Assembly (NCBI GenBank): GCA_037442925.1
Contig: JBBIPG010000002.1
Coordinates: 5,176 to 69,175 of the forward strand
Direction of reading: 5' to 3'
DNA length: 64,000 nucleotides
Source: Candidatus Fraserbacteria bacterium
Lineage (GTDB): Bacteria; Bipolaricaulota; Bipolaricaulia; RBG-16-55-9
Shown here: piece after piece, positions 10,326-19,018 of the stretch
How the letters are laid out: the number at the start of each line of letters is the position of its first letter
How positions within the stretch are numbered: the stretch's first letter is position 1
Program-made: the position numbers and the translations under genes
The notes under the pieces: generated by a model
Databases searched by the model: none
Told to the model about the DNA's origin: nothing
The model's input: only the letters and a program-made list of their open reading frames with translations

Positions 10326-10536
10326 GCCGCTTTGCACGTGCTGGCTGTGCCCGCGCCAGCAGCGCTCTCCCTCCGAGCCACGCTCTAACCAGAAGCGTGC
10401 GACGAATGAGACCGTCTCCCCAGAACTACTTCCCAAAGCCGATCACCTCTAACGAGATGAAGAGACGATGACATATGGCAGTGACAGTCCGGTGACACGG
10501 TACGACAACTGGGAGGCGGGAAGAGGTCAGTTGAGT

Positions 10537-11760
10537 TTAGGGAAGAGTGCTGTGGAGGATCTCTCTATAGAGGTGCTCCGTATCCGGCATCGGAGGGACC
10601 CCCAGTTCGCGGGCCAAAAGGGTGCGGCAGCGCTCAAACTGCGTTAACGCTTCGTCTCGGCGGCCTTGCCGCCACAAATGCTCCATCAGCGCCCGATGGA
10701 AGCTCTCTCGACATGGCTCTCTCACCAGAGCCTTCCGGCATACCTGAGCGGCTTCGCCATACTCGGCTCGAGCCGCGTATAAGTTTGACATGCGCATGAG
10801 CATCTCCAGATAGATCTCCCGCAGACGCTCACGTTCCTCGGCACACCAGTCAGAATAGCGCTCTTCTTCCAGATAATCCCCCTGGTAGAGGGCTTCCGCG
10901 TCTTGATAGTGCCGAAGGGCTTCCTCTGGATTGCCCCGTGCCTCCAGGGCTTCTCCCTGGCGAACCCGTTCTTCAAAGACGTGGGCATCCAGCCAGAACG
11001 CTTCTGGTCGCAGGCGATAGGCTTCCCCAGCCGTCTCGATCAACTGGCTTTCTACGCCGGATTCGCGGAGCTTCTTCCGCAAGAAATAGATGGCTACCTT
11101 GAGGCTCTCCCTCCCCTGCCGCTCAGAAACTCCAGGCCACACACACTCGATGAGTCGTTCCCGGTGTACAGCTCGGCCCCGCTGCGTGATCAGATATTTC
11201 AGCAGCAGCAGGGCCTGTTTCCTGGCCCAGCGGACAACAGGAATACCTCGATTTGCAACGGCTAGGCAGAAGCATCCCAACGTGTAGACCCGCAAGCCAC
11301 CCACGGTTGTTTCTTCTGCTTCCAGAGGCCGTACGAAGATCACGGCTGTGATGCCCTCATTCTGCGCGGTGCTTTGGGGGATGACCAAGCTGCCTAAGGA
11401 GAGCTTCATCCAACTGCCGTCTTTCCGGGGGACGAGGCAACTGCGCACCCCAAAGGGCTGATAGGAACAGAAGCAGAGTTTGGCTTGGCACTCTGGCGTG
11501 CAGAGCGGCTGGCCATCGGGCAAGATCCCACGAAGTACAGCGTAGCAAGGTCGGCCAAGAACCTCCTCGGCCCGATGGCCCAACAACTCCTGGGCGCGTG
11601 CGTTCCACGCCACGACTTTAAGCTCCTCATCCACGGCGATGGCCGCATCCGACGCGAAGTGTACCAAGCTCCTTGCGGCAGACAAGTGGGCTGGATCGGG
11701 GTAGGCGTACTGCTCCTGCCCATGAGTTTTCATAAGCTTCTGCCTTGCCGGTCTGGCCAT
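10537..11760 (-). CDS. Transcriptional regulator: N-terminal Cys-rich PAS-like sensor + OmpR-type winged helix + BTAD/TPR (SARP family); DnrS-like candidate nar activator
   Basis: PAS-like block (AIAVDEELKVVAWNARAQELLGHRAEEVLGRPCYAVL), Cys cluster CTPECQAKLCFCS, then a SARP winged-helix/BTAD region (LIECVWPG...ESLKVAIYFLRKKL...). Located directly upstream of the nar operon on the same strand. Confidence 0.65.
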   Translation of the reverse strand: MARPARQKLMKTHGQEQYAYPDPAHLSAARSLVHFASDAAIAVDEELKVVAWNARAQELLGHRAEEVLGRPCYAVLRGILPDGQPLCTPECQAKLCFCSYQPFGVRSCLVPRKDGSWMKLSLGSLVIPQSTAQNEGITAVIFVRPLEAEETTVGGLRVYTLGCFCLAVANRGIPVVRWARKQALLLLKYLITQRGRAVHRERLIECVWPGVSERQGRESLKVAIYFLRKKLRESGVESQLIETAGEAYRLRPEAFWLDAHVFEERVRQGEALEARGNPEEALRHYQDAEALYQGDYLEEERYSDWCAEERERLREIYLEMLMRMSNLYAARAEYGEAAQVCRKALVREPCRESFHRALMEHLWRQGRRDEALTQFERCRTLLARELGVPPMPDTEHLYREILHSTLP

Positions 11761-11783
11761 GGGATGCGCTCCAGAGAAGAATC

Positions 11784-12572
11784 TTACTCGATGGCGAAGG
11801 CGGAAGACAACGATCGGAGCTTTCGCAAGACCCCTGCGAAATCCGCGGGTAGCAGCGCTTCAAAGCGGACCGACTCTTGTGTCAGCGGGTGGGTGAACTC
11901 CAGTACAGAGGCGTGCAACATCTGCCGCTGCACGCCTAGCTCTCTGGAGAGTTGCTGATTCAAGCCAGCTTCCCCATACAAGTCATCACCCACGATGGGG
12001 CATCCCACGGCGGCGAAGTGTGCCCGCAACTGGTGCGTGCGTCCAGTGAGCGGTCGAGCCTCAACGAAGGAGAATTTTTCAGCTTTGAACGCGAAGAGCT
12101 CCAGGCGCCGGTAGTGCGTTTGAGCGAAGATACCCCCACGGCGCACCGGCGTCATCCGCGCCAGCCAACGCTTGCGATCCATCTGCTTCTGCAAGGCTAG
12201 ACGTATCGAGCCTTTGGGGCGAATCTCGCCCACGAGGAGAGCAAGATATGTCTTGCAAATCTTCTTGAGCTTGAGTTGGCGATTGAGGGATTGTATCGCC
12301 GAACGAGTTTTGGCCAGTAAGATCAGACCTGATGTGTCTTTGTCGAGTCTCTGGGCAAACGCCGGTTGGCAGTCCGATTCTGGCAAATACCTCAGAACAA
12401 GGGCCAAGAGCGTACGCTCGCTGGGGTGATGTCGATCCCCGTGGATCGGCCAGCCGGCAGGCTTATCGATGACCAGTAGATCCGCATCTTCATAGACGAT
12501 ACGCCTCTCAAATTCACACAGTATGAGATCTTGATTCATAGGCATCTTCAGGAAAAGCAAAGATGGTTTCAT
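11784..12572 (-). CDS. RluA-family 23S rRNA/tRNA pseudouridine synthase
   Basis: Motifs LLVIDKPAGWPIHGD and HQLRAHFAAVGCPIVGDDLYG. Confidence 0.85.
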   Translation of the reverse strand: MKPSLLFLKMPMNQDLILCEFERRIVYEDADLLVIDKPAGWPIHGDRHHPSERTLLALVLRYLPESDCQPAFAQRLDKDTSGLILLAKTRSAIQSLNRQLKLKKICKTYLALLVGEIRPKGSIRLALQKQMDRKRWLARMTPVRRGGIFAQTHYRRLELFAFKAEKFSFVEARPLTGRTHQLRAHFAAVGCPIVGDDLYGEAGLNQQLSRELGVQRQMLHASVLEFTHPLTQESVRFEALLPADFAGVLRKLRSLSSAFAIE

Positions 12573-12648
12573 CGTAGCTTTGGCCTAGATCCAGAGCAAA
12601 TCGACACGGCGGGCGAGAGGCGTGCTATAATGCTGACAGGAGAGACGT

Positions 12649-13860
12649 ATGAGTTCGCACACGAAAGCGCACCCAGCTGGGGACAAACTCGATTTCATCC
12701 GTCGGAATTTGGAAGAGCTAAAGAAGACGGGACTCTATAACCAGATACGCACGATCCAGTCACCCCAGGGAGCCTGGTTGAGGGTGGATGGGAAACGCGT
12801 ACTGAATTTCTGTTCCAATAACTATCTGGGTCTAGCCAATCATCCCGAGATGTGCCAAGCCGCGATGCAGGCTATCGAGGAATACGGTGTGGGGCCGGCT
12901 GCCGTGCGCAGCATTGCCGGAACGATGGATCTCCATCTGGAATTGGAGGAACGGCTGGCGCGCTTTAAGGGAGTGGACGCGGCCATTGCTCTACAATCCG
13001 GCTTCAATGCCAATCAAGCCGTGATCCCACTTCTTATGGGCGAAGGGGATCTCATCGTCAGCGATGAACTCAACCACGCTTCCATCATCGATGGGGTGCG
13101 TCTCTCGAAAGCCGATCGGGGAATTTACAAACACTGCGACGTAGCGGATCTCAAGGCACGTCTAGAAGAAGCAACTCAGAAGGGCTATGCGAAGGTGCTT
13201 GTGATCACCGATGGGGTCTTCTCCATGGATGGAGACATCGCGCCACTCGACAAGATCGTGGCTGTGTGTGAATCTTGCGGAGCATTGGTCATGGTGGACG
13301 ACGCTCATGGCGAAGGGGTGTTGGGCAAGGGTGGTCGCGGGATTGTCGATCACTTCGGCCTGCACGGTCGCGTGGACATCGAAGTGGGAACGCTCTCGAA
13401 GGCCTTTGGTGTGGTAGGCGGTTATGTGGCTGGCAAGGGACTCATCATTGAGTATCTGCGTCAACGCGCGCGGCCCTTCTTGTTCTCGAGTGCTACGACT
13501 CCCGCGGACACGGCAGCTTGCATCGCGGCGGTCGACATTCTGGAACGTTCTACGGAGCTGGTGGACCATCTGTGGGAAAACACGCATTACTTCAAAGAGA
13601 AGATGCTTAAGCTCGGGTTCGATACAGGTCGCAGTCAGACGCCCATTGTGCCCGTCATGCTGGGAGAAGCACCTCTGGCTCAGCAGTTCAGCCGAAGGCT
13701 CTTTGAAGAAGGGGTCTTCGCCATGGCGATTGGGTATCCCACGGTGCCGCAGGGCAAGGCGCGCATTCGCGTCATGATGTCCGCTTCTCATAGCCAGGAG
13801 GACCTCGATCAAGGCATTGCGATCTTTCAACAAGTTGGGAAGGAGCTTGGGGTGATATAA
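12649..13860 (+). CDS. kbl: Glycine C-acetyltransferase / 2-amino-3-ketobutyrate CoA ligase (Kbl; AONS family PLP enzyme)
   Basis: [19 protein letters not shown]-lysine region GTLSKAFG, 403 aa. Confidence 0.85.
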   Translation: MSSHTKAHPAGDKLDFIRRNLEELKKTGLYNQIRTIQSPQGAWLRVDGKRVLNFCSNNYLGLANHPEMCQAAMQAIEEYGVGPAAVRSIAGTMDLHLELEERLARFKGVDAAIALQSGFNANQAVIPLLMGEGDLIVSDELNHASIIDGVRLSKADRGIYKHCDVADLKARLEEATQKGYAKVLVITDGVFSMDGDIAPLDKIVAVCESCGALVMVDDAHGEGVLGKGGRGIVDHFGLHGRVDIEVGTLSKAFGVVGGYVAGKGLIIEYLRQRARPFLFSSATTPADTAACIAAVDILERSTELVDHLWENTHYFKEKMLKLGFDTGRSQTPIVPVMLGEAPLAQQFSRRLFEEGVFAMAIGYPTVPQGKARIRVMMSASHSQEDLDQGIAIFQQVGKELGVI

Positions 13861-13863
13861 AGC

Positions 13864-14553
13864 GTGGTCGTCTCGGAGCGTTGCAAGTATTGCCTTAACG
13901 AGGCGTGCATCTTCCTCAACGTGAGTCGAGATGAGATATCGTTCCACCCGGAGGACTTCACGCGATCCCTCGAATACCAGCCGGGTCAGACGCTCTTCCC
14001 CGAGGGCGCGCCCCTGTACGGGTACTCGATCATCTGTGAAGGTGCCGTGAAGCTGGTGCGGCGTCTCAAGGAGGGCAGAAGAGTCATCGTCGCAGTGCTG
14101 GGACCAGGCGATATCCTGGGCTTGTCAGCGACTCGTGAAGGGCATTTCGCTTTGGAGGCGGAGGCGTTGGATAGGACGCAGGTGGGTTTCATAGATAAAG
14201 GGGACTTCATCCGGCTTCTTGAGAGATACCCGCGCTTGGCTGCCGCGCTCGTGCAGAAACTATCGGAAGAAGTGTCTCAGCTTCAGGAGCGTCTCTTTGC
14301 GACCGCTCGGCAGAGTGCGAGGGGCAAGTTGGCCTATCTGCTCCTGCAATTGGTTGCCTCCTATGGTCGAAAACATCCGCAGGGAACCCTTATTGATCTG
14401 GAACTCACTCGGTCAGAACTGGCGGAGATGATTGGGGTGGCCCGCGAGACGGTCAGCTTGACTCTCGGTCAGTTGAAGTCCAGAGGGTTAATTGCCCTAG
14501 AAGGCCACAAGATTGTGATCCTCAATGAGATGGGTCTTGAGAACCTTTTCTGA
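13864..14553 (+). CDS. Crp/Fnr-family transcriptional regulator (cNMP-binding-like + C-terminal HTH; N-terminal Cys cluster C-x2-C-x4-C), DnrT/FNR-like
   Basis: GTG start. N-terminus ERCKYCLNEAC. HTH ARETVSLTLGQLKSRGLI with RE residues compatible with GTGA half-site recognition. Confidence 0.75.
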   Translation: MVVSERCKYCLNEACIFLNVSRDEISFHPEDFTRSLEYQPGQTLFPEGAPLYGYSIICEGAVKLVRRLKEGRRVIVAVLGPGDILGLSATREGHFALEAEALDRTQVGFIDKGDFIRLLERYPRLAAALVQKLSEEVSQLQERLFATARQSARGKLAYLLLQLVASYGRKHPQGTLIDLELTRSELAEMIGVARETVSLTLGQLKSRGLIALEGHKIVILNEMGLENLF

Positions 14554-14581
14554 CTGCACCGCGTGGCATAGATCTCAATGG

Positions 14582-14591
14582 TGACCGGTCA
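14582..14591. promoter_or_regulatory. Perfect 10-bp palindrome TGACCGGTCA
   Basis: Seen directly; lies 30 bp after the crp/fnr stop. Confidence 0.3.
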
Positions 14592-14659
14592 TTGATAGCG
14601 AACAGGAAGGTTTGCCATCGCGCTCACGGGCCATTTATGTGAGAAGACCAACGCTATTT

Positions 14660-14675
14660 TGTGAGAATTCTCACA
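14660..14675. promoter_or_regulatory. Perfect 16-bp CRP-consensus palindrome TGTGAGAATTCTCACA (TGTGA-N6-TCACA), with an extra TGTGA half-site 21 bp upstream (14639-14643)
   Basis: Exact inverted repeat seen in sequence, between the Crp/Fnr regulator gene and the first por operon gene (about 80-90 bp upstream of its start). Confidence 0.7.
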
Positions 14676-14720
14676 GCACAACTTCCGCAAAAGAGCTAAT
14701 CTAAGCTGTCGGTAGCCGCT

Positions 14721-14733
14721 AGTGGTTACCACT
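14721..14733. promoter_or_regulatory. 13-bp palindrome AGTGGTtACCACT 20 bp upstream of the ATG at 14753
   Basis: Seen directly; position overlaps the expected promoter/5'UTR. Confidence 0.3.
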
Positions 14734-14752
14734 GAACAGGCAGGTGAACCAC

Positions 14753-16900
14753 ATGGCGAAGGCAGCAGAGCTACAACAGCCTATAGAATCAGAGATTCTC
14801 GCCATTCTAAGAGAAGCCAAGGCCGAAGTCCACACCGAACAGCTCGCCTCACAGCTTGGCATCACACGACACACGGCCGCAAAATATCTGGAGATCCTCC
14901 AGGCCAAGGGGCAAGTCAGCTGTCGCAAACTGGGCAACGCCAAGCTGTGGCGCGAGGCCTCTACCGAGATCGTGATTCGGCTCCTCACTTCCGCAGACCT
15001 AAATGCCATAGTAGCCATCCAAAAGCAACTACAGTCGGAGCCCGAATATGCACAGCTCAAGCTCAGTGACTTCGAGGACGAGGCGGCACTGAACAACTTC
15101 CGGCGGATGGTCGAACATCAGCTGGCGAGCAGCGATCCCGCGTGGATGTTGGGCGCGGAAGTGCAGGGACAACTCGTGGGCTTCATTCTGGGAGAGATTC
15201 GTCTCTGGGAGCGTGGCAGCGGGGAGCAGACGGGCTGGATCCGGGCGCTTGCAGTTGACCCGCGCTATCACGGACGCCACATCGGACGCCGCCTCGCGGA
15301 AGAGCTGCTGGCTCGTTTTCAAGCCCACGGAGTCCGACGTGTGAGAACGCTCATCGACTGGCAAGCCGGAAAACTCATGGCCTACTTCCAAGACCTTGGC
15401 TTCTCCATTTTAAGCATGTTGCCACTCGAAAAGGACTTGCTCGAGTCAGCTAGTGAGCCGAAGAGCATAGAAAACGGAGAGACTGTGAGTTCTCCCATAC
15501 TCGGCGAAGCGAATTTAACAGAAGGAGCAGAGATGAGCGTAAGAACCCCTGCGATCACAGAAGGAGCGTGTAGCACATTCGCAGAACTTCACCCACCATT
15601 GACAGATGGGGAAGCCGTCATGGAAGCCTATCGGTGCCTGGAATGCGGTGGGCCCTATGCTCCGGCTCCCTGCACGGTGGCGTGCCCCACGCACATTGAC
15701 ATCCCCAAGTTCATTCGCGAGATCCGCGAAGGTCGACCGTTGGATTCAGCCCGCACGATCTTTGAGGCAAATGTCTTGGGAGGCAGTTGTGCCCGCGTCT
15801 GTCCCGTGGAAGTCCTCTGCCAAGGGGCCTGCGTTCTGACGAAAGAAGGGCGACGTGCCGTGGAGATCGGTCGGCTGCAACGCTATGCGACCGATTGGGC
15901 TCTCACACGACATGAGCGGGTCATGCCAGCCAAAACGAAGACAAAGCACAACCGCCGAGTGGCCGTTCTCGGTGCAGGGCCAGCAGGGTTGGCTTGCGCA
16001 GCCGAACTGGCTCGCCTTGGTTACTCCGTGACGCTATATGAGAGTAAGACGATGCCGGGCGGACTCATCACTCATGCAATTGCCCCTTATAAGCAGCTGG
16101 TGGAGCCTCTGCCTCACGAGGTAGAGGAGATCCAGAAGCTGGGGGTCGAATTCCGGTTCGGTGTGGCCGTGGGGCGGGATCTCTCGCTTGAGGAGCTCGA
16201 GGGCGTGTACGATGCGATCTTCTTGGGGATCGGCCTCGGCGAAGATCAGTCAGCCGAGGTGCGCGGCGAGGATCTAGAAGGCGTTTACAACTCACTGGAT
16301 TTTGTGGATGAACTCAAGTTGGGCGACTGGCGCAAGCTTAAGCAGCGCTTGGGAGAGAGGATAGCAGTGCTTGGCGGTGGCAATACAGCGATTGACGTGG
16401 CTCGTGAGGCGGTGCGCCTGGGAGCCAAAGAAGTGACCGTGCTCTATCGGCGCACCGAAAAGGACATGCCGGCATACGCCCATGAATACGAGGCAGCACG
16501 CAAGGAAGGTGTGCGGTTCTTGTGGCTGACGGCTCCCAGACGCTTCGTCGGCAACGGAAGAATCCGGGCTGTCGAGTGTGTGCACTTGCGCATGGTCCAG
16601 CCGGAAGCCGGTCGCAGCTCGCCTCTGGAGCCTGTGGCGGGAACGGAGTTTCTCCTCGAAGTCGATGGTGTCATTAAAGCGATCGGCCAGCGGAAGCGTA
16701 CGGCCTTTCTGCAGCAGATTCGCGGCTTACAGCTCGAGCGCGGGCTTGTCAAGGTCGACGAGTGGGGCCAGACGGCTGGAAAATACTTTGCCGGCGGAGA
16801 TTGCGTCAATGGCGGCGACACGGCCGTGCGTGCGGTAGCCGAAGGCCGACGAGCCGCTCAAGGCATTCATCGCTTCCTAAGTGGGGAGGCCATGTCATGA
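14753..16900 (+). CDS. Tri-domain fusion: winged-helix HTH + GNAT N-acetyltransferase + glutamate-synthase-small-subunit-like (GltD/SudA/NfnB-type) NAD(P)H oxidoreductase with Fe-S and FAD/NAD folds
   Basis: HTH LGITRHTAAKYLEIL. GNAT core ALAVDPRYHGRHIGRRLAEELL. GltD N-terminal Cys motifs CLECG...PCTVACP...CARVCP...C and Rossmann VAVLGAGPAGLACAAELA. ATG 14753 with GGTGA SD (ORF track begins at GTG 14744). Stop overlaps porG start. Confidence 0.75.
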   Translation: MAKAAELQQPIESEILAILREAKAEVHTEQLASQLGITRHTAAKYLEILQAKGQVSCRKLGNAKLWREASTEIVIRLLTSADLNAIVAIQKQLQSEPEYAQLKLSDFEDEAALNNFRRMVEHQLASSDPAWMLGAEVQGQLVGFILGEIRLWERGSGEQTGWIRALAVDPRYHGRHIGRRLAEELLARFQAHGVRRVRTLIDWQAGKLMAYFQDLGFSILSMLPLEKDLLESASEPKSIENGETVSSPILGEANLTEGAEMSVRTPAITEGACSTFAELHPPLTDGEAVMEAYRCLECGGPYAPAPCTVACPTHIDIPKFIREIREGRPLDSARTIFEANVLGGSCARVCPVEVLCQGACVLTKEGRRAVEIGRLQRYATDWALTRHERVMPAKTKTKHNRRVAVLGAGPAGLACAAELARLGYSVTLYESKTMPGGLITHAIAPYKQLVEPLPHEVEEIQKLGVEFRFGVAVGRDLSLEELEGVYDAIFLGIGLGEDQSAEVRGEDLEGVYNSLDFVDELKLGDWRKLKQRLGERIAVLGGGNTAIDVAREAVRLGAKEVTVLYRRTEKDMPAYAHEYEAARKEGVRFLWLTAPRRFVGNGRIRAVECVHLRMVQPEAGRSSPLEPVAGTEFLLEVDGVIKAIGQRKRTAFLQQIRGLQLERGLVKVDEWGQTAGKYFAGGDCVNGGDTAVRAVAEGRRAAQGIHRFLSGEAMS

Positions 16901-17490
16901 TGATCGAAATCCGTTGGCACGCTCGCGGCGGTCAAGGAGCCATCACGGTTGCGGAGATCCTCGCTGCCGTCGCGCTTTGTCAGGGTCTCTACGTGCAATC
17001 GTTTCCCGAGTACGGACCAGAGCGCAGCGGCGCACCACTTCATGCGTATAATCGCATCTCCGATGAACCCATCAAACTCCATAGTGGCGTCTACGAGCCA
17101 GATATCGTCGTCGTGCTCGACCCGACGCTGCTCCATGCCGAGCCCGTGGCAGAGGGACTCAAAACCGAGGGGCTTCTGCTCGTAAATACGTCAGATGCTG
17201 CAAAAGAGATGGCAAAGCGCACGGGCTTTCGCGGCAGAGTCTTGGCAATTCCCGCCGTTCAACTGGCCGAACAGGCAAAGATCCGCTTCGCCAATGTGCC
17301 CATGTTGGGTGTGCTGTTGAGACTTCTGAACTTCCCGCTCGAAGCGGGACAAGAAGAATTCCAAACTGTCTTTAGCGAAAAGCTCAGTCCTGCTGTGCTC
17401 GAAGCGAATCTGGAGGCTTTGCGCCTCGGGTACGAAGCCGTTTCGCAGGAGAGCGTCGTAGATATGAAACGAGGTGTCATCGCATCATGA
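16897..17490 (+). CDS. porG: 2-oxoacid (pyruvate-type):ferredoxin oxidoreductase gamma subunit
   Basis: MMIEIRWHARGGQGAITVAEILA. ATGA overlap with upstream stop. The ORF-track N-terminal extension (from 16762) is an out-of-context readthrough. Confidence 0.88.
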   Translation: MMIEIRWHARGGQGAITVAEILAAVALCQGLYVQSFPEYGPERSGAPLHAYNRISDEPIKLHSGVYEPDIVVVLDPTLLHAEPVAEGLKTEGLLLVNTSDAAKEMAKRTGFRGRVLAIPAVQLAEQAKIRFANVPMLGVLLRLLNFPLEAGQEEFQTVFSEKLSPAVLEANLEALRLGYEAVSQESVVDMKRGVIAS

Positions 17491-17810
17491 TGGCGAAAGG
17501 AAAACTGAAAGCGTGGCAAGAACTGGAGGTTGGGGCTGTCGTTCTCGAAGGCGGGAGCACCCAAGCCATTCTCACCGGCGGATGGCGCACAGGCAAGAAG
17601 CCCATCGTCGACGCCCAGAAGTGCGTCAACTGCCTGCTCTGCTGGATCCACTGCCCGGAGCCTGCTATCGTCACGGAGAAGGCTCAGATGCGCGGGTACA
17701 ACTACGAACATTGCAAGGGCTGCGGCATTTGCGCCGAAGCCTGTCCTTCCGGTGCGATTTCCATGGTCCCCGAAGAAAGGGTCGTCCCCGAGAGAGGGTG
17801 GATCGAATGA
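17487..17810 (+). CDS. porD: OFOR delta subunit, 2x[4Fe-4S] ferredoxin
   Basis: CVNCLLCWIHCP and CKGCGICAEACP motifs, 107 aa. Confidence 0.88.
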   Translation: MMAKGKLKAWQELEVGAVVLEGGSTQAILTGGWRTGKKPIVDAQKCVNCLLCWIHCPEPAIVTEKAQMRGYNYEHCKGCGICAEACPSGAISMVPEERVVPERGWIE

Positions 17811-19018
17811 CTGTTGCCATGAAGCAGAAGCAATTACTCACAGGTGCTGAGGCAGTGGCTCAAGCGTGGCGCCAGATCGATCCGGATGTCGTGCCCGTCT
17901 ACCCCATCACACCCCAGACGCCGATCATCACGGCCTTCTCCGAGATGGTCGCTGAGGGACTTGCGAGCACAGAGATCATCAATGTGGAGAGTGAGCACTC
18001 GGCGATGAGCGCGGCCGTCGGTGCCGCAGCGGCTGGAGCCCGTGTGGCCACGGCCACAAGCTCGCAAGGGCTGGCTCTCATGCTCGAGATCTGTTACATT
18101 GCTGCATCCCTTCGGCTGCCCATCTTGATGAACGTGGGAGCGCGGGCACTTTCGGGTCCTATCAATATTCACTGCGACCACTCCGATGCCTATATGGCTC
18201 GCGATGCCGGATGGGTGCAGATCTTCACAGAGAATGCCCAGGAGGCTTACGACTACACGCTTATGGCACAGCGTCTCGCGGAACACGACCGCGTACGCCT
18301 GCCGGTGATGGTGATGCTCGATGGGTTCACTACCACACACTCCGCGGATGTGGCTGAGATCTTACCCGACGACCTGGCAAGACAGTTCATCGGCGAGTAT
18401 GAGCCGCCCTTCTCGTTGCTCACGCAGGTCGCGACTGTCGGCCCCTTTGACATGCCGGACTACTACTTCGAGCACAGACGAGCTCAGCAGCATGCCTTAG
18501 AACAGGTGCGTGAGGCCTTCGAGCAGATTCAAAGAATGTTCAAAGAGCAGAGTGAACGTCCGTATGAAGGGCCTTTCGAGGCGTATCAGATGGACGATGC
18601 GCGAACGGCTCTCGTGGTGATGGGTTCAGCCGCAGGCACCGCTAAGGCCGTTGTGGATATGCTGCGCCGCGAAGGTCGGCGTGTTGGTCTCATTAAACTG
18701 TGGCTCTTTCGCCCCTTCCCGCGCGCAGCCATCGCCCGGGTTTTGGGATACGTCGACAGTGTAGCTGTGTTCGATCGGGGCCTAAGCTACGGTAGCTTCG
18801 GCCCGCTGTATCTTGAGGTCACTTCAGCACTCTACAGTCGAGTCTGGGGTGTGGAGAATTCCAGGCGACCCAAACTAGCCAACATCATCTATGGACTGGG
18901 CGGACGGGATTTACGACCCGATCAGATTCGAAAAGCCTTCGATGATCTGGAGGCTGGGCGCTTGCGAGCTGATCAACTCTACTATGCCGGTTTGCGGGAA
19001 GAAGGAGACCAGCGATGA
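17807..19018 (+). CDS. porA: OFOR alpha subunit
   Basis: MTVAMKQKQLLTGAEAVAQAWRQIDPDVVPVYPITPQTPII. ATGA overlap with porD. Confidence 0.88.
   Translation: MTVAMKQKQLLTGAEAVAQAWRQIDPDVVPVYPITPQTPIITAFSEMVAEGLASTEIINVESEHSAMSAAVGAAAAGARVATATSSQGLALMLEICYIAASLRLPILMNVGARALSGPINIHCDHSDAYMARDAGWVQIFTENAQEAYDYTLMAQRLAEHDRVRLPVMVMLDGFTTTHSADVAEILPDDLARQFIGEYEPPFSLLTQVATVGPFDMPDYYFEHRRAQQHALEQVREAFEQIQRMFKEQSERPYEGPFEAYQMDDARTALVVMGSAAGTAKAVVDMLRREGRRVGLIKLWLFRPFPRAAIARVLGYVDSVAVFDRGLSYGSFGPLYLEVTSALYSRVWGVENSRRPKLANIIYGLGGRDLRPDQIRKAFDDLEAGRLRADQLYYAGLREEGDQR

Noticed and set aside
10197-10436. 79-aa minus-strand ORF whose stop overlaps narC start (ATGA)
   Set aside because: No motifs and Arg/Gly-rich composition, and it lies inside the expected nar promoter. 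The coupling geometry is suggestive, but not enough to call a gene.
10481-10497. GTGACA direct repeat at 11-bp spacing just downstream of the SARP regulator stop
   Set aside because: Only 6-bp units, far from the narC start. Could be chance.
13162-13947. 261-aa minus-strand ORF
   Set aside because: Antisense to kbl and to the start of the Crp/Fnr gene; no recognisable domains.
16762-16896. N-terminal extension of porG in ORF track
   Set aside because: Extension overlaps the 3' end of the upstream fusion gene in another frame. The conserved gamma-subunit N-terminus begins at ATG 16897 with ATGA coupling.
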